The position numbers and the translations under genes were made by a program. 54,046 bases of DNA, taken from positions 1 to 54,046 of the forward strand of contig CASDVX010000069.1 of assembly GCA_949284545.1 (NCBI GenBank). The letters run 5' to 3'. Below are positions 19,101 through 28,232 of this stretch, piece by piece. The DNA comes from an uncultured Eubacteriales bacterium (GTDB lineage Bacteria > Bacillota > Clostridia > Oscillospirales > CAJFTT01). Every line of letters begins with the position of its first letter. The stretch's first letter is position 1. The notes under the pieces were generated by a model. That model was given only the letters and a program-made list of their open reading frames with translations. It did not search any database and was not told the DNA's origin.

Positions 19101-20143
19101 GGTTCAAAGCAGGCGCAGGTTTTTCCTGTGATGTCGTTTTTAATTTCGTCAAGGGTATAACCCAGGGCAATTTTAGTCGTGATTTTTGCAATAGGATATC
19201 CCGTAGCTTTCGACGCAAGCGCCGACGAACGCGAAACTCTGGGGTTGACCTCTATAACGGCGTATTCGAAGCTCTCAGGATCGAGCGCAAACTGGCAGTT
19301 ACATCCTCCGACTATTCCTATCTCGGAAATCATGTTGAGAGACGCAGAACGGAGCATCTGATACTCCTTGTCCGCGAGCGTAAGCGCCGGGGCCACAACT
19401 ATCGAGTCACCGGTATGCACTCCCACCGGGTCAAAGTTTTCCATTGAGCAGACAGCTATCACGTTGCCGGCGCTGTCCCGCATCGTCTCAAACTCGATTT
19501 CTTTCCACCCGGATATGCATTTTTCCACCAGCACCTGTGTTATGGGCGACATATCCAGACCGCTGCGGGCTATTGTTTGAAGTTCCTCCGGGCTGTGAGC
19601 TATCCCGCCGCCGCTGCCTCCGAGCGTAAATGCGGGACGCACGATGACCGGATACCCTATCTCGTCGGCTATCTTAAGCGCTTCCGGAACGGTCTCCGCA
19701 GTATCGGACGGCACCACGGGCTGGCCGATTTTTTTCATAGTGTCGCGAAAAAGCTCCCTGTCCTCGGCTTTTTCTATGGCATCTATCCCGGAACCCAGCA
19801 GCTTTACTCCGTATTTTTCAAGCGTACCGTTTTTTGAAAGCTGCATAGCTACTGTGAGCCCGGTCTGTCCACCGAGCCCGGCGAGCAGTCCGTCCGGGCG
19901 CTCCTTTTCGATTATACGGGCTACCGTTTCGGCGTTCAGCGGCTCCAGATATATTTCGTCCGCTAAATTCTTATCGGTCATTATGGTAGCGGGGTTCGAG
20001 TTTACCAGAACTACGTTTATACCCTCATCCCGGAGGACCCTGCATGCTTGGGCTCCCGCATAGTCAAATTCGGCGGCCTGTCCTATGACTATCGGGCCCG
20101 AGCCTATCACCAGAACCTTGCGGACTGAATTATCTTTAGGCAT
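16109..20143 (-). CDS. carB: Carbamoyl-phosphate synthase large subunit fused in frame to a C-terminal diaminopimelate-epimerase-like (DapF-fold) domain
   Basis: 1344-aa ORF. The first ~1060 aa are canonical CarB (MPKDNSVRKVLVIGSGPIVIGQAAEFDYAGAQAC..., two ATP-grasp halves, an MGS-like C-terminal domain). The last ~280 aa (16112-16963) read ..KIHFAKMHSCGNDYIFI...SFNKDGSEGKMAGNNIRC...VGNPHCVVF...WERGNGETLACGTGACAAVAAAV, which are DapF motifs. No stop codon separates the two parts. Confidence 0.9.
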   Translation of the reverse strand: MPKDNSVRKVLVIGSGPIVIGQAAEFDYAGAQACRVLRDEGINVVLVNSNPATIMTDKNLADEIYLEPLNAETVARIIEKERPDGLLAGLGGQTGLTVAMQLSKNGTLEKYGVKLLGSGIDAIEKAEDRELFRDTMKKIGQPVVPSDTAETVPEALKIADEIGYPVIVRPAFTLGGSGGGIAHSPEELQTIARSGLDMSPITQVLVEKCISGWKEIEFETMRDSAGNVIAVCSMENFDPVGVHTGDSIVVAPALTLADKEYQMLRSASLNMISEIGIVGGCNCQFALDPESFEYAVIEVNPRVSRSSALASKATGYPIAKITTKIALGYTLDEIKNDITGKTCACFEPTLDYVVVKLPKWPFDKFAGSSRELGTQMKATGEVMAIGHSFESALMKAVRGAEISLDTLNAAPLSDKPVIERLAEQNDHRLFTVFEALKSGVTTEEIHRITMIDEWFINKLKKLADFEAVMASGDLSEKTYGQAKKMGYTDDAIRRISGQKELPEFKMSYKMVDTCGAEFDAETPYFYSCAGGVCEARAFRRSGKPVVVVLGSGPIRIGQGIEFDYSSVHCVWTLREMGYDVVIINNNPETVSTDYDTADRLYFEPLCPEDVMNVIQVENPVGVVVAFGGQTAIKLTGYLDRNGIKILGTSAEGIDIAEDRSRFDALLEKFGIRRPKGMGVTAKAEALKAAEELGYPVLLRPSYVIGGQNMTISRCESETSEYMDRILAQGIENPVLIDKYMPGTELEVDVISDGEDVLIPGIMEHVERAGIHSGDSIAVYPPYNLNDKFLKKVCDCSEKLALALGTKGLVNIQYLIYENELYVIEVNPRASRTVPYISKVTNVPMVDLASKVMLGSRLADLGYGTGLYRTPPYYAVKVPVFSFEKLNDANSVLGPEMKSTGEVLGIGKTTAEALFKGLCASGLSVPSYSGKNAAGVLMSVEENDYQEILPVAKRFSDLGMTLYATPGTADAIANLGIKVVCVSGNGVRSEIVDLMENGRLNYVIFTGAVRNKAVEDYTQLHRRAMQLGVPCFTSLDTANALAEIMESRFSFSNTELVDINAMRSWKQKIHFAKMHSCGNDYIFIENFDGKITCPESLCVNLCTPHYGIGSDGIVLIERSSVADAKMRSFNKDGSEGKMAGNNIRCVAKYLYDKGYIRSENMSVEVGGNVHRLKLYLRDGKVSSVTVDMGRASLLASDIPAVSDTETIINKPVKIGGADYSITCVSVGNPHCVVFCDAIDGLDLKETGPKFEYSELFPQRINTEFVRAVSKNYLRMRVWERGNGETLACGTGACAAVAAAVENGLCDSGTDVIVKLAGGSLTVNYTKERVLLTGDVVLVYEGEFEY

Positions 20144-21197
20144 GCCTGTTCCCCTCCATCATATCGATAAATCTGTCAAACAAAAACTCCGTATCGTGCG
20201 GCCCGCCGCACGCTTCCGGATGAAACTGGACCGTAAAGCAGTTAAGTCCCGGGTACTCCATTCCCTCGCAGGTGCCGTCGTTGGCGTTCACAAACGTTAT
20301 TTTGCCGTTTTTTACGCTGTCACCCACCACCGCATACCCGTGATTCTGGCTGGTTATAAATGTCCTGCTGCCGTTTACTTCCTTGGCCGGCTGGTTACCG
20401 CCTCTGTGGCCGTATTTCATTTTTACTGTCCTGCCGCCCATTGCCAGTGCGGTCAGCTGGTGGCCGAGACATATCCCGAATACCGGCACCTTGCCAATAA
20501 ATTTCCTTATCTGCTCAATGGCAAACGCATTGTCTTCAGGGTCGCCCGGCCCGTTGGACAGCATTATCCCATCAGGATTCTCAGCAAGTATATCCTCCGC
20601 CGAAGCGCTGCATGGCACAACCCTGACCTCACAGCCTCTGTTGCAAAGGCTCCTGATTATGTTTTTCTTCGCTCCGTAATCTATCAGTGTCACGGAATAC
20701 TTTTTTGCTCCGCCCGCAGGATATACTTGCGTCTCCGGCGTGCTCACCTGCTCCACGACATCCTTCACCCTGTATTCCCTCAATTTTGAGAGATCGGAAG
20801 GAACCTCGTCGCAGATCATGGCATTCATCACGCCTTCTTCGCGTATCGTTCGGGTAAGCTCTCTGGTGTCAACTCCGCAAATGCCGCAGATCCCGTTGTT
20901 CTTCAGAAAGGTATCCAAAGTGTACCTGCTTCTGAAATTTGACGGCGTATCGCAGCACTCTCGCACGACATATCCGCGAGCTGCGCATTTTCCCTCAAAG
21001 TCGTCCTCGTTCACTCCGTAGTTGCCTATCAGCGGGAACGTTTGTATTATTATTTGACCCGCGTAGCTGGGATCGGTAAGCGTTTCAGTATAGCCGACCA
21101 TACCGGTCGTGAAAACCAGCTCGCCCATCCCGTCGCAGTCCGCGCCTATGCGTTCGCCTTCAAATACCCTGCCGTTACTCAATATCAGATAAGCCAT
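20136..21197 (-). CDS. carA: Carbamoyl-phosphate synthase small (glutaminase) subunit
   Basis: MAYLILSNGRVFEGERIGA...; class I amidotransferase motif PVFGICLGHQL; 8-nt overlap with the carB start. Confidence 0.95.
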   Translation of the reverse strand: MAYLILSNGRVFEGERIGADCDGMGELVFTTGMVGYTETLTDPSYAGQIIIQTFPLIGNYGVNEDDFEGKCAARGYVVRECCDTPSNFRSRYTLDTFLKNNGICGICGVDTRELTRTIREEGVMNAMICDEVPSDLSKLREYRVKDVVEQVSTPETQVYPAGGAKKYSVTLIDYGAKKNIIRSLCNRGCEVRVVPCSASAEDILAENPDGIMLSNGPGDPEDNAFAIEQIRKFIGKVPVFGICLGHQLTALAMGGRTVKMKYGHRGGNQPAKEVNGSRTFITSQNHGYAVVGDSVKNGKITFVNANDGTCEGMEYPGLNCFTVQFHPEACGGPHDTEFLFDRFIDMMEGNRHA

Positions 21198-21271
21198 CCT
21201 TACACATCCTCCCGGTCAAAACAATACAACGCCGACTGTGCGTCACCCGCCGCGGTCGGGACTCCTGTCTG

Positions 21272-22255
21272 TCACAGTGTAGCGGCCATGACCGCCTTTA
21301 TTGTATGCATTCTGTTTTCAGCTTCGTCAAACACAATCGACCTGCCGCTTTCAAATACTTCGTCCGTCACTTCCATGCAATCTATGCCGAATTTGTCAAA
21401 AACATCTTTTCCCGTTTCGGTCTTCAGGTCGTGGAACGCGGGAAGGCAATGCATGAATCTGCATCCGTCGCCGGCAATATCCATCAGCTCCGAGGTCACG
21501 CGATAAGGTGAAAGCGCTTCTATGCGCTCTTTCCACACGCTTTCCGGTTCCCCCATGGAGACCCATACATCCGTGTAAATAACATCCGCTCCCTTTACGG
21601 CTTCTTTAGGATCTTCAATGAAATTCAGTTGGGCGTCCGTCTCAGCTGCCAAAGACCTGCACGCGGACACAAGCTCAGGGGACGGGAAATAGGCTTTGGG
21701 GGCGCAGGCGGTAAAACGCATCCCCATTTTCGCGCATCCCACCATAAGCGAATTGCCCATATTGTACCTGGCGTCTCCCATATATACCAGCTTTTTCCCG
21801 GCAAGAGACCCGAAATGCTCTCTTATAGTCAAAAAATCCGCGAGTATCTGAGTCGGATGCCATTCGTTTGTCAGACCGTTCCATACCGGAACACCCGCAT
21901 AACGAGCGAGCTCCTCAACAATTTCCTGCCCGTATCCCCTGTACTCGATACCGTCAAACATTCTTCCGAGAACTCTCGCCGTATCGGCAATGCTTTCCTT
22001 TTTGCCTATCTGAGAGCTCTTCGGGTCGAGGTACACGGGATGTATGCCCAGATCGGCGGCAGCTACCTCAAACGAACAGCGGGTGCGAGTGCTGGTTTTT
22101 TCAAATATCAGCGCAATATTTTTCCCCTGGAACATTCTGTGGGAAATGCCCTCTTTTTTTTGCTTCTTGAGCTGCGCCGCCAGATCCAGCAGTCCGCCTA
22201 TTTCCTCCGGGGTAAAATCGAGCAATTTCAAAAAACTTCTGCCTTTAAGCTGCAT
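21272..22255 (-). CDS. argF: Ornithine carbamoyltransferase
   Basis: [21 protein letters not shown] and HCLPAFH motifs. Confidence 0.9.
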   Translation of the reverse strand: MQLKGRSFLKLLDFTPEEIGGLLDLAAQLKKQKKEGISHRMFQGKNIALIFEKTSTRTRCSFEVAAADLGIHPVYLDPKSSQIGKKESIADTARVLGRMFDGIEYRGYGQEIVEELARYAGVPVWNGLTNEWHPTQILADFLTIREHFGSLAGKKLVYMGDARYNMGNSLMVGCAKMGMRFTACAPKAYFPSPELVSACRSLAAETDAQLNFIEDPKEAVKGADVIYTDVWVSMGEPESVWKERIEALSPYRVTSELMDIAGDGCRFMHCLPAFHDLKTETGKDVFDKFGIDCMEVTDEVFESGRSIVFDEAENRMHTIKAVMAATL

Positions 22256-22319
22256 TTTCAGACCGCCTTTACAAATTTATTGTTTGCCTGCGCACCGCGC
22301 ATGCCGTCCGGCACATCCA

Positions 22320-23492
22320 TCATATGCCTTCACCGCACACCGACGCAATTGTCTCGGCCGCTTCCGTGAGAAGCTCCGCGGGTATGTTAAGCGCCGGCAA
22401 CAAGCGCACCTTGTTTTTAGCCGTCAGGCACAGCACGCCCCTGCCTATGCATTCTCTGACTACATCGGCGGCAGGCTTTACCGTTTCAAGCCCTATCATG
22501 AGCCCCATTCCGCTTACCGACAGTATCCCTTTTCTGCCCTCAAACAGTTTCCTCGCCAAGCGACCCTTCTCCGTCACGCTTACGAGAAACTCGTCGGTAA
22601 GCCTGTTTATTACGGATACAGCGCCCGCGCAGCATACAGGGTTCCCTCCGTATGTGGAACCGTGGTCCCCGGGCTCGAAAATGTCGGCCGTTTTGCTCCC
22701 AAACAGTGTAGCGCCTATGGGGAGTCCGCCGCCCAGCCCCTTTGCCGTCGTGACTATGTCGGGATCTATCCCGAAATTCATATAAGAATATAATTTACCC
22801 GTTCTGCCGTTTCCCGTCTGAACCTCATCAATTATGAGAAGCACGTTTTCCCGCTGTGCAATTCCGGCGGCGGCTTTTATGTAGTCCCCGTCCAGAGGGA
22901 GCACCCCGCCTTCTCCCTGTATGCACTCAAGCATTACAGCCGCGGTCTTGTTGGCCGCTACGGCGTTTTCAATAGCTGCGATATCGTTTGCGGGAACGTA
23001 TTCAAAGCCGGATGTCAGCGGCCTGTACAGCTCGTGGTAATGATCCTGACCCGTCGCCGCAAGAGTGGTGATAGTTCTGCCGTGAAAGCCGTTTCTCACG
23101 GTAACAATTGTGTAATGGTCTTCGCCCTTACACTTTGCCGCGTATTTTCTGGCTGCTTTAATGGCACATTCATTGGCCTCCGCTCCGGAATTTGAAAAAA
23201 ACACTTTTTTCATGCCGGTTTTTTTGCAAAGAATCTCTGCAAGTTCAACGCACGGCGAAGTGTAAAAAAGGTTTGACATATGCTGCAGCTTGGCTGCCTG
23301 AGACGATACGGCGGCTACCCATTCGTCATCCGCCGTTCCGAATAACGTCACCCCTATGCCCGACGTCATATCTATGTATCTTTTACCCGCTGTATCGTAA
23401 ACTTCAGAGCCTTTCCCACGGCATATTTCAACCGGGAATCGGTTATAAGTGCCGGCAATATACTCCTTGTCCTTTACCATTATTTCGCTCAT
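22320..23492 (-). CDS. argD: Acetylornithine aminotransferase
   Basis: Class III aminotransferase (SNSGAEANECAIKAARKY, IIDEVQTGNGRTGK, TTAKGLGGG) in an arg operon context. Confidence 0.9.
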   Translation of the reverse strand: MSEIMVKDKEYIAGTYNRFPVEICRGKGSEVYDTAGKRYIDMTSGIGVTLFGTADDEWVAAVSSQAAKLQHMSNLFYTSPCVELAEILCKKTGMKKVFFSNSGAEANECAIKAARKYAAKCKGEDHYTIVTVRNGFHGRTITTLAATGQDHYHELYRPLTSGFEYVPANDIAAIENAVAANKTAAVMLECIQGEGGVLPLDGDYIKAAAGIAQRENVLLIIDEVQTGNGRTGKLYSYMNFGIDPDIVTTAKGLGGGLPIGATLFGSKTADIFEPGDHGSTYGGNPVCCAGAVSVINRLTDEFLVSVTEKGRLARKLFEGRKGILSVSGMGLMIGLETVKPAADVVRECIGRGVLCLTAKNKVRLLPALNIPAELLTEAAETIASVCGEGI

Positions 23493-23528
23493 GTTAAGTC
23501 CTCCAGACGCGGCCGCAAACGCGCGTGA

Positions 23529-24398
23529 TTATCTTTTTGTCCCGGTGACCATGGTTCCGGCGCCTTCGTCGGTGAGAAGCTCCATGAGAATGGAGTGCGG
23601 CACCCGCCCGTCCATTATTACGACGTTTTTAACGCCGCGGCTTATGGCTTCTATACAGCAGTCTACCTTAGGTATCATGCCGCCGGAAACAATGCCTTTT
23701 GAATAAAGCTCTTTGGCTTCCTCCGTAGTGAGTTCGGTTATTATACTTGACGGGTCATTCTTGTCCCGCAGTATTCCTGCTATGTCGGTCATCATTATGA
23801 GCCGTTCCGCGTTCATGGCTCCGGCTATATGCGCCGCGGCCGTATCGCCGTTTATGTTGTACGCGTTCCCTTCCCTGTCGCAGCCGACGGTGGATATCAC
23901 GGGGATGTATCCCTTTTCCAAAAGGTCGGTGACCGGTCCTATATTTATTCCGGTTATATTCCCAACATATCCAAGTCTTTCGTCCTTTATCTCGGCTTCG
24001 ATCAGCCGCCCGTCCATTCCGGATATCCCTATCGCCCTGCCGCCCTTCATCTCAAGAAGATTGACAAGCGTCTTGTTCACCTTGCCCGTCAGCACCATTT
24101 GGACTATGTCCACGGTTTCCTTATCCGTAACGCGCAGTCCGTCTACAAATTCGGGCTTTTTGCCCAGCTTATCCATGACTTCCGTGATCTCCGGGCCTCC
24201 GCCGTGGACAAGCACTATCTTTACTCCGATGAGCCACAGCAGGACTATATCCTCCATGACCTGCTGCTTCAGCTTATCGTTTATCATTGCGTTCCCGCCG
24301 TACTTTACCACAACTATTTTCCCGTTATATCTCTTTATGTGCGGCAGCGCCTGGGTAAGCACCTCCGCCCGTTGAAGGTTTGAAAAGCAGTTATCCAT
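23529..24398 (-). CDS. argB: Acetylglutamate kinase
   Basis: KIVVVKYGGNAM, VLVHGGGPEI and NINGDTAA motifs. Confidence 0.95.
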   Translation of the reverse strand: MDNCFSNLQRAEVLTQALPHIKRYNGKIVVVKYGGNAMINDKLKQQVMEDIVLLWLIGVKIVLVHGGGPEITEVMDKLGKKPEFVDGLRVTDKETVDIVQMVLTGKVNKTLVNLLEMKGGRAIGISGMDGRLIEAEIKDERLGYVGNITGINIGPVTDLLEKGYIPVISTVGCDREGNAYNINGDTAAAHIAGAMNAERLIMMTDIAGILRDKNDPSSIITELTTEEAKELYSKGIVSGGMIPKVDCCIEAISRGVKNVVIMDGRVPHSILMELLTDEGAGTMVTGTKR

Positions 24399-24409
24399 TT
24401 TTATCCACC

Positions 24410-25624
24410 TTAAGTTCTGTAATCTCCGTTTATTTTCACGTAATCATAGGTAAGGTCGCATCCCCATGCCGAAGCCTCGGCGTTACCCATGTTAAGTGAC
24501 ACGAGTATATCGATTTCTTTTTCCAGAAGTATCTCTTTCGCCTTTTCCTCTGAAAAGCTTACGCCTGAACCGTTTTCGCACACAACCACCGTTCCTTTTG
24601 CGGAGGAAAACGACACGCCTATTTTGCCTATGTCCACAGCTGCTCCGCTGTAGCCGATAGCGCACAGGACGCGTCCCCAGTTGGCATCGGCTCCGAACAT
24701 GGCTGCCTTCAGCAGACTGGAACATATCACGCTCTTCGCAACGGTTTTGGCAGTTGCGGTATCGGGCGCTCCGCTTACCTTGCATTCCAGAAGCTTTGTG
24801 GCGCCTTCCCCGTCGCCTGCGATCATTCTGCACAGATGTACGTTGACCGTGTTAAGAGCCTTCATGAACTCACGGAAATCATCTCCGTCACACGCAATCT
24901 CATCATTGCCGGCAAGCCCGTTTGCCATCACGGCAACCATGTCGTTGGTAGATGTGTCCCCGTCAATGCTTATCATGTTGAATGTATCAGACACATCTTC
25001 CGAGAGAGCCTTTTGAAGCATTTCCCGGGATATGGCTACGTCCGTAGTTATAAACACAAGCATAGTGGCCATATTGGGGTGTATCATGCCGCTGCCCTTC
25101 GCGATACCTCCCATCCGGCATTTTCTGCCGCCGACCGTGAATTCCACCGCTATCTCTTTTTTTACCGTATCTGTCGTCATTATAGCCTCCGCAGCGTCGC
25201 TCCCTCCGTTGTAAGAAAGCGCGGAAGAAAGCATAGGCATCCCGGATGCTATAGGCGAAATGTCCAGCGGCTGACCTATTACGCCCGTAGAGGCTACTAT
25301 AACGTCGCTGCTGCGTATGCCGGTGGCTTCGGCGGTAAGGCGGCTCATCTCTTCCGCTATTTCGGCTCCGTCGGCATTGCATGTATTTGCGTTTCCGCTG
25401 TTGCATATCACCGCACGGGCCACACCGTCTTGAATATGTCTGCGGGTCACCTCTATCGGGGCACCCTTAACAAGATTTGTCGTATAAACCGCCGCCGCCG
25501 CGGCCGGTACATCGCTGACTATCAGCGCCAGATCCTTTTTCATATGATTCTTGCGTATACCGCAATGTATGCCGGCAGCCTTAAAGCCTTTTGCCGCGCA
25601 AACTCCGCCGGAAATCAGTTCCAT
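24410..25624 (-). CDS. argJ: Bifunctional glutamate N-acetyltransferase / amino-acid acetyltransferase
   Basis: GFKAAGIHCGIRKN...; autoprocessing site ATMLVFITTD; C-terminus DLTYDYVKINGDYRT. Confidence 0.95.
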   Translation of the reverse strand: MELISGGVCAAKGFKAAGIHCGIRKNHMKKDLALIVSDVPAAAAAVYTTNLVKGAPIEVTRRHIQDGVARAVICNSGNANTCNADGAEIAEEMSRLTAEATGIRSSDVIVASTGVIGQPLDISPIASGMPMLSSALSYNGGSDAAEAIMTTDTVKKEIAVEFTVGGRKCRMGGIAKGSGMIHPNMATMLVFITTDVAISREMLQKALSEDVSDTFNMISIDGDTSTNDMVAVMANGLAGNDEIACDGDDFREFMKALNTVNVHLCRMIAGDGEGATKLLECKVSGAPDTATAKTVAKSVICSSLLKAAMFGADANWGRVLCAIGYSGAAVDIGKIGVSFSSAKGTVVVCENGSGVSFSEEKAKEILLEKEIDILVSLNMGNAEASAWGCDLTYDYVKINGDYRT

Positions 25625-25736
25625 ATCCGTTCACCGTTTCTTTGACTAAACAAAGATCCTTTCTTCCTCTGTTGATTTATTCTGTCACGGGCAGACTGCG
25701 GCCCGAATATGCGTACCTATGAAATCCGGCGCGGGT

Positions 25737-26660
25737 TCAGCACTCCAGGCCGGTTGTCTCATCGGCGCCCAGGACTATATTCATATTTTGTATCGCAGCG
25801 CCGGACGCGCCTTTTCCCAGGTTGTCATAACGCGCCACAAGAAGTATCCTGTCATCGTTCCCACACACCGTTATCTGCATATCGTCCCTCCCGGACAGCG
25901 CCGCTGCGGACAGAAACCCTTTTTCATCGCAGTTCTCCGCGTATTTTACAAGCCCGCTTGTATATGCGTCCCTGTACACGCTGCGTATATCCTCTGCCGT
26001 ACCCGAAATGTCAGCAGAAAACAGCGGCACCGTTACCTCCATACCGCTGTAAAACGGCGCGACCACCGGGCAGAACACAGGGCTTCTTGTCAGTCCGCAA
26101 ACGGCGGTCATTTCCTTAAGGTGCTTGTGAGTCTGAGTCAGGCCGTACTGTCTCGGCGCCGAAAGTAGGACGGAATTGCCCGATGCCTCGTATTCCGATA
26201 TCATGGATTTCCCTCCGCCGGAATACCCGGTCAGGGAAAAACAGCTCAGTCCCGCGTCTCTGCTTAATATGCCGGCTGCAATCAGCGGGTTTACAAGGGC
26301 TATAAATCCGCTTGCGTGGCATCCCGGATTTGCAATACGCTTGGATGCCGCTATTCTTTCGCGCATACCTGAGAGCTCGGCGAATCCGTACGTCCATCCC
26401 GGCGATGTCCTGTGCGCAGTAGACGTATCTATTACCACCGTGTCCGGGTTCCCCACCATCGACACCGCTTCCTGCGCCGCCGCGTCCGGCAGACAGAGAA
26501 ACGCAATATCAGCAGCGTTTAACGCCTCTTTCCTCGCCGAGGGGTCTTTTCTCCTGTCTTCCGGCAACGTTATCAGTGAGATATCCTTTCTGCCCGACAG
26601 TCTGTCAAATATGCGCAGTCCGGTGGTTCCCGCGCTGCCGTCAATGAAAATATTCGTCAT
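25737..26660 (-). CDS. argC: N-acetyl-gamma-glutamyl-phosphate reductase (short type-2 form)
   Basis: MTNIFIDGSAGTTGLRI...NPGCHASG (catalytic Cys). The ATG at 26660 follows GGAGGAATC. The track ORF extends upstream to 26711 without an RBS. Confidence 0.9.
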   Translation of the reverse strand: MTNIFIDGSAGTTGLRIFDRLSGRKDISLITLPEDRRKDPSARKEALNAADIAFLCLPDAAAQEAVSMVGNPDTVVIDTSTAHRTSPGWTYGFAELSGMRERIAASKRIANPGCHASGFIALVNPLIAAGILSRDAGLSCFSLTGYSGGGKSMISEYEASGNSVLLSAPRQYGLTQTHKHLKEMTAVCGLTRSPVFCPVVAPFYSGMEVTVPLFSADISGTAEDIRSVYRDAYTSGLVKYAENCDEKGFLSAAALSGRDDMQITVCGNDDRILLVARYDNLGKGASGAAIQNMNIVLGADETTGLEC

Positions 26661-26717
26661 GATTCCTCCGACTTGCGAGACACCGCCCTGCGTTAAAACG
26701 TAGGACGGCATCGGCTT

Positions 26718-27938
26718 TTATTTATTCTTTGCATCCACCATGGCCTGAACCTTGATGGGCAGGCCGTAAAGATTGATAAATCCTTCCGAATCCTTCTGAT
26801 TGTAATCGCTTTCGCCGAATGTGGCTATCTCCTCACTGTAAAGTGAGTACGGGCTCCAAACCCCGGCATTTATCATGTTGCCCTTGTAGAGCTTCAGGCG
26901 AACTTTGCCGGTGACCTTTTCCTGTGTCTTGTCCACAAAGGCGCTGAGAGCCTCGCGCAGAGGCGTGAACCACTGTCCGTTATATACCAGCTCCGCGAAC
27001 GTGACCGACAGCTTCTGCTTTTCGTGCATGGTCATTTTATCAAGACAGATAGATTCAAGCACACTGTGCGCCTTGTAGAGGATGGTCCCCCCCGGGGTCT
27101 CGTACACTCCGCGGCACTTCATGCCGACAAGCCGGTTCTCAACTATATCAAGGATACCGATACCGTTTTCGCCGCCGAGTTTATTGAGCTTAAGAATTAT
27201 ATCCTTGGCGCTCATTTTCTCCCCGTTCAGCGCGGTCGGAACGCCCTTTTCAAAATCAAGCTCGATGTATGTCGGCACATCGGGTGCGTCTATCGGAGAA
27301 ACGCCCATTTCAAGGAACCCTTTTTTCTCGTACTGAGGCTCATTCCCGGTATCTTCAAGGTCAAGCCCCTCATGGGAAAGGTGCCACAGGTTTTTATCCT
27401 TGGAATAGTTAGTCTCGCGGTTTATCTTAAGAGGCACGTTGTGCGCTTCGGCGTATTCTATCTCTTCCTCGCGGGATTTGAGCGACCATTCTCGCCACGG
27501 TGCGATTATCGGCATATTGGGTGCGAAATGCTTGATCGTAAGCTCAAAACGCACCTGATCGTTGCCTTTTCCGGTGCATCCGTGACATATGGCGTCAGCC
27601 CCCTCCTTGAGCGCTATGTCCACAAGCCCTTTCGCTATGCAGGGGCGCGCATGGCTCGTTCCCAGCAGATATTCCTCGTACACGGCCCCGGCCTTCATTG
27701 TGGGTATTATATAATCGTTTACGTATTCGTCCGTCAGGTCAAGTACGTACAGTTTAGAAGCGCCGGTCTTTATCGCCTTTTCCTCAAGGCCTTCCAGCTC
27801 GTCCGCCTGGCCCACGTTTCCGGATACTGCGATCACTTCGCAGTCGTTGTAATTCTCCTTCAGCCACGGGATGATAATCGAAGTATCAAGACCGCCTGAG
27901 TACGCAAGAACCACTTTCTTTATGTTTTCTTTATTCAT
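26718..27938 (-). CDS. argG: Argininosuccinate synthase
   Basis: [34 protein letters not shown]. Confidence 0.95.
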   Translation of the reverse strand: MNKENIKKVVLAYSGGLDTSIIIPWLKENYNDCEVIAVSGNVGQADELEGLEEKAIKTGASKLYVLDLTDEYVNDYIIPTMKAGAVYEEYLLGTSHARPCIAKGLVDIALKEGADAICHGCTGKGNDQVRFELTIKHFAPNMPIIAPWREWSLKSREEEIEYAEAHNVPLKINRETNYSKDKNLWHLSHEGLDLEDTGNEPQYEKKGFLEMGVSPIDAPDVPTYIELDFEKGVPTALNGEKMSAKDIILKLNKLGGENGIGILDIVENRLVGMKCRGVYETPGGTILYKAHSVLESICLDKMTMHEKQKLSVTFAELVYNGQWFTPLREALSAFVDKTQEKVTGKVRLKLYKGNMINAGVWSPYSLYSEEIATFGESDYNQKDSEGFINLYGLPIKVQAMVDAKNK

Positions 27939-27952
27939 AAACAGCGCCTCCG

Positions 27953-27966
27953 TGAATAATTATGCA
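27953..27966 (-). promoter_or_regulatory. ARG-box-like operator (proximal), between the promoter and the argG RBS
   Basis: The minus strand reads TGCATAATTATTCA, against the remembered ARG box core TGAATwwwwATTCA (one mismatch). It lies immediately 5' of the GGAGG RBS. Confidence 0.45.
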
Positions 27967-27988
27967 TTGTTTCACCTGATATGCGCAA

Positions 27989-28017
27989 ATTATATACCAA
28001 TTAACCTCAGTTGTCAA
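27989..28017 (-). promoter_or_regulatory. Sigma-A type promoter of the arg operon
   Basis: The minus strand reads TTGACA (28012-28017), 17 nt, TATAAT (27989-27994). Confidence 0.55.
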
Positions 28018-28027
28018 GGGTAATGTT

Positions 28028-28041
28028 CGAATATTTATGCA
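28028..28041 (-). promoter_or_regulatory. ARG-box-like operator (distal), abutting the -35
   Basis: The minus strand reads TGCATAAATATTCG, which shares TGCATAAwTATTC with the proximal box. Confidence 0.4.
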
Positions 28042-28145
28042 GTTTACAAAGTGTTTTCAAATTCGCCGCGTGCGCCCGCAGATGCGCGGTTAACGTCAGA
28101 AAACCGATGCAAATCAGTCTGTTTTAACATGTTGTCCGCGCACGG

Positions 28146-28189
28146 AAAAAGCGGAACGTTCCTCCCAAGAGACGCACGTCCCGCTTTTT
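28146..28189. terminator. Rho-independent terminator downstream of the CotH-domain gene
   Basis: AAAAAGCGGAACG, loop, CGTCCCGCTTTTT (one mismatch). A/T runs lie on both sides. Confidence 0.55.
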
Positions 28190-28232
28190 CAATACGCAAT
28201 ATTGTATAAACCAGTTTACGATACAGTGCAAA

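Noticed and set aside
21198-21271. GC-rich near-palindrome (cccgccgcggtcggg) between argF and carA, considered as an internal terminator
   Set aside because: The stem is imperfect and no U-tract follows it on the coding strand. It is more likely just an intercistronic spacer preceding the carA RBS (GGGAGGA).
20085-27899. Series of long + strand ORFs (20085-20789, 21629-22369, 22044-22793, 23713-24375, 24836-25645, 26176-26703, 27024-27899)
   Set aside because: All are antisense to the confidently identified carA, argF, argD, argB, argJ, argC and argG genes. They are Arg/Ser/Pro-rich low-complexity translations with no family motifs.
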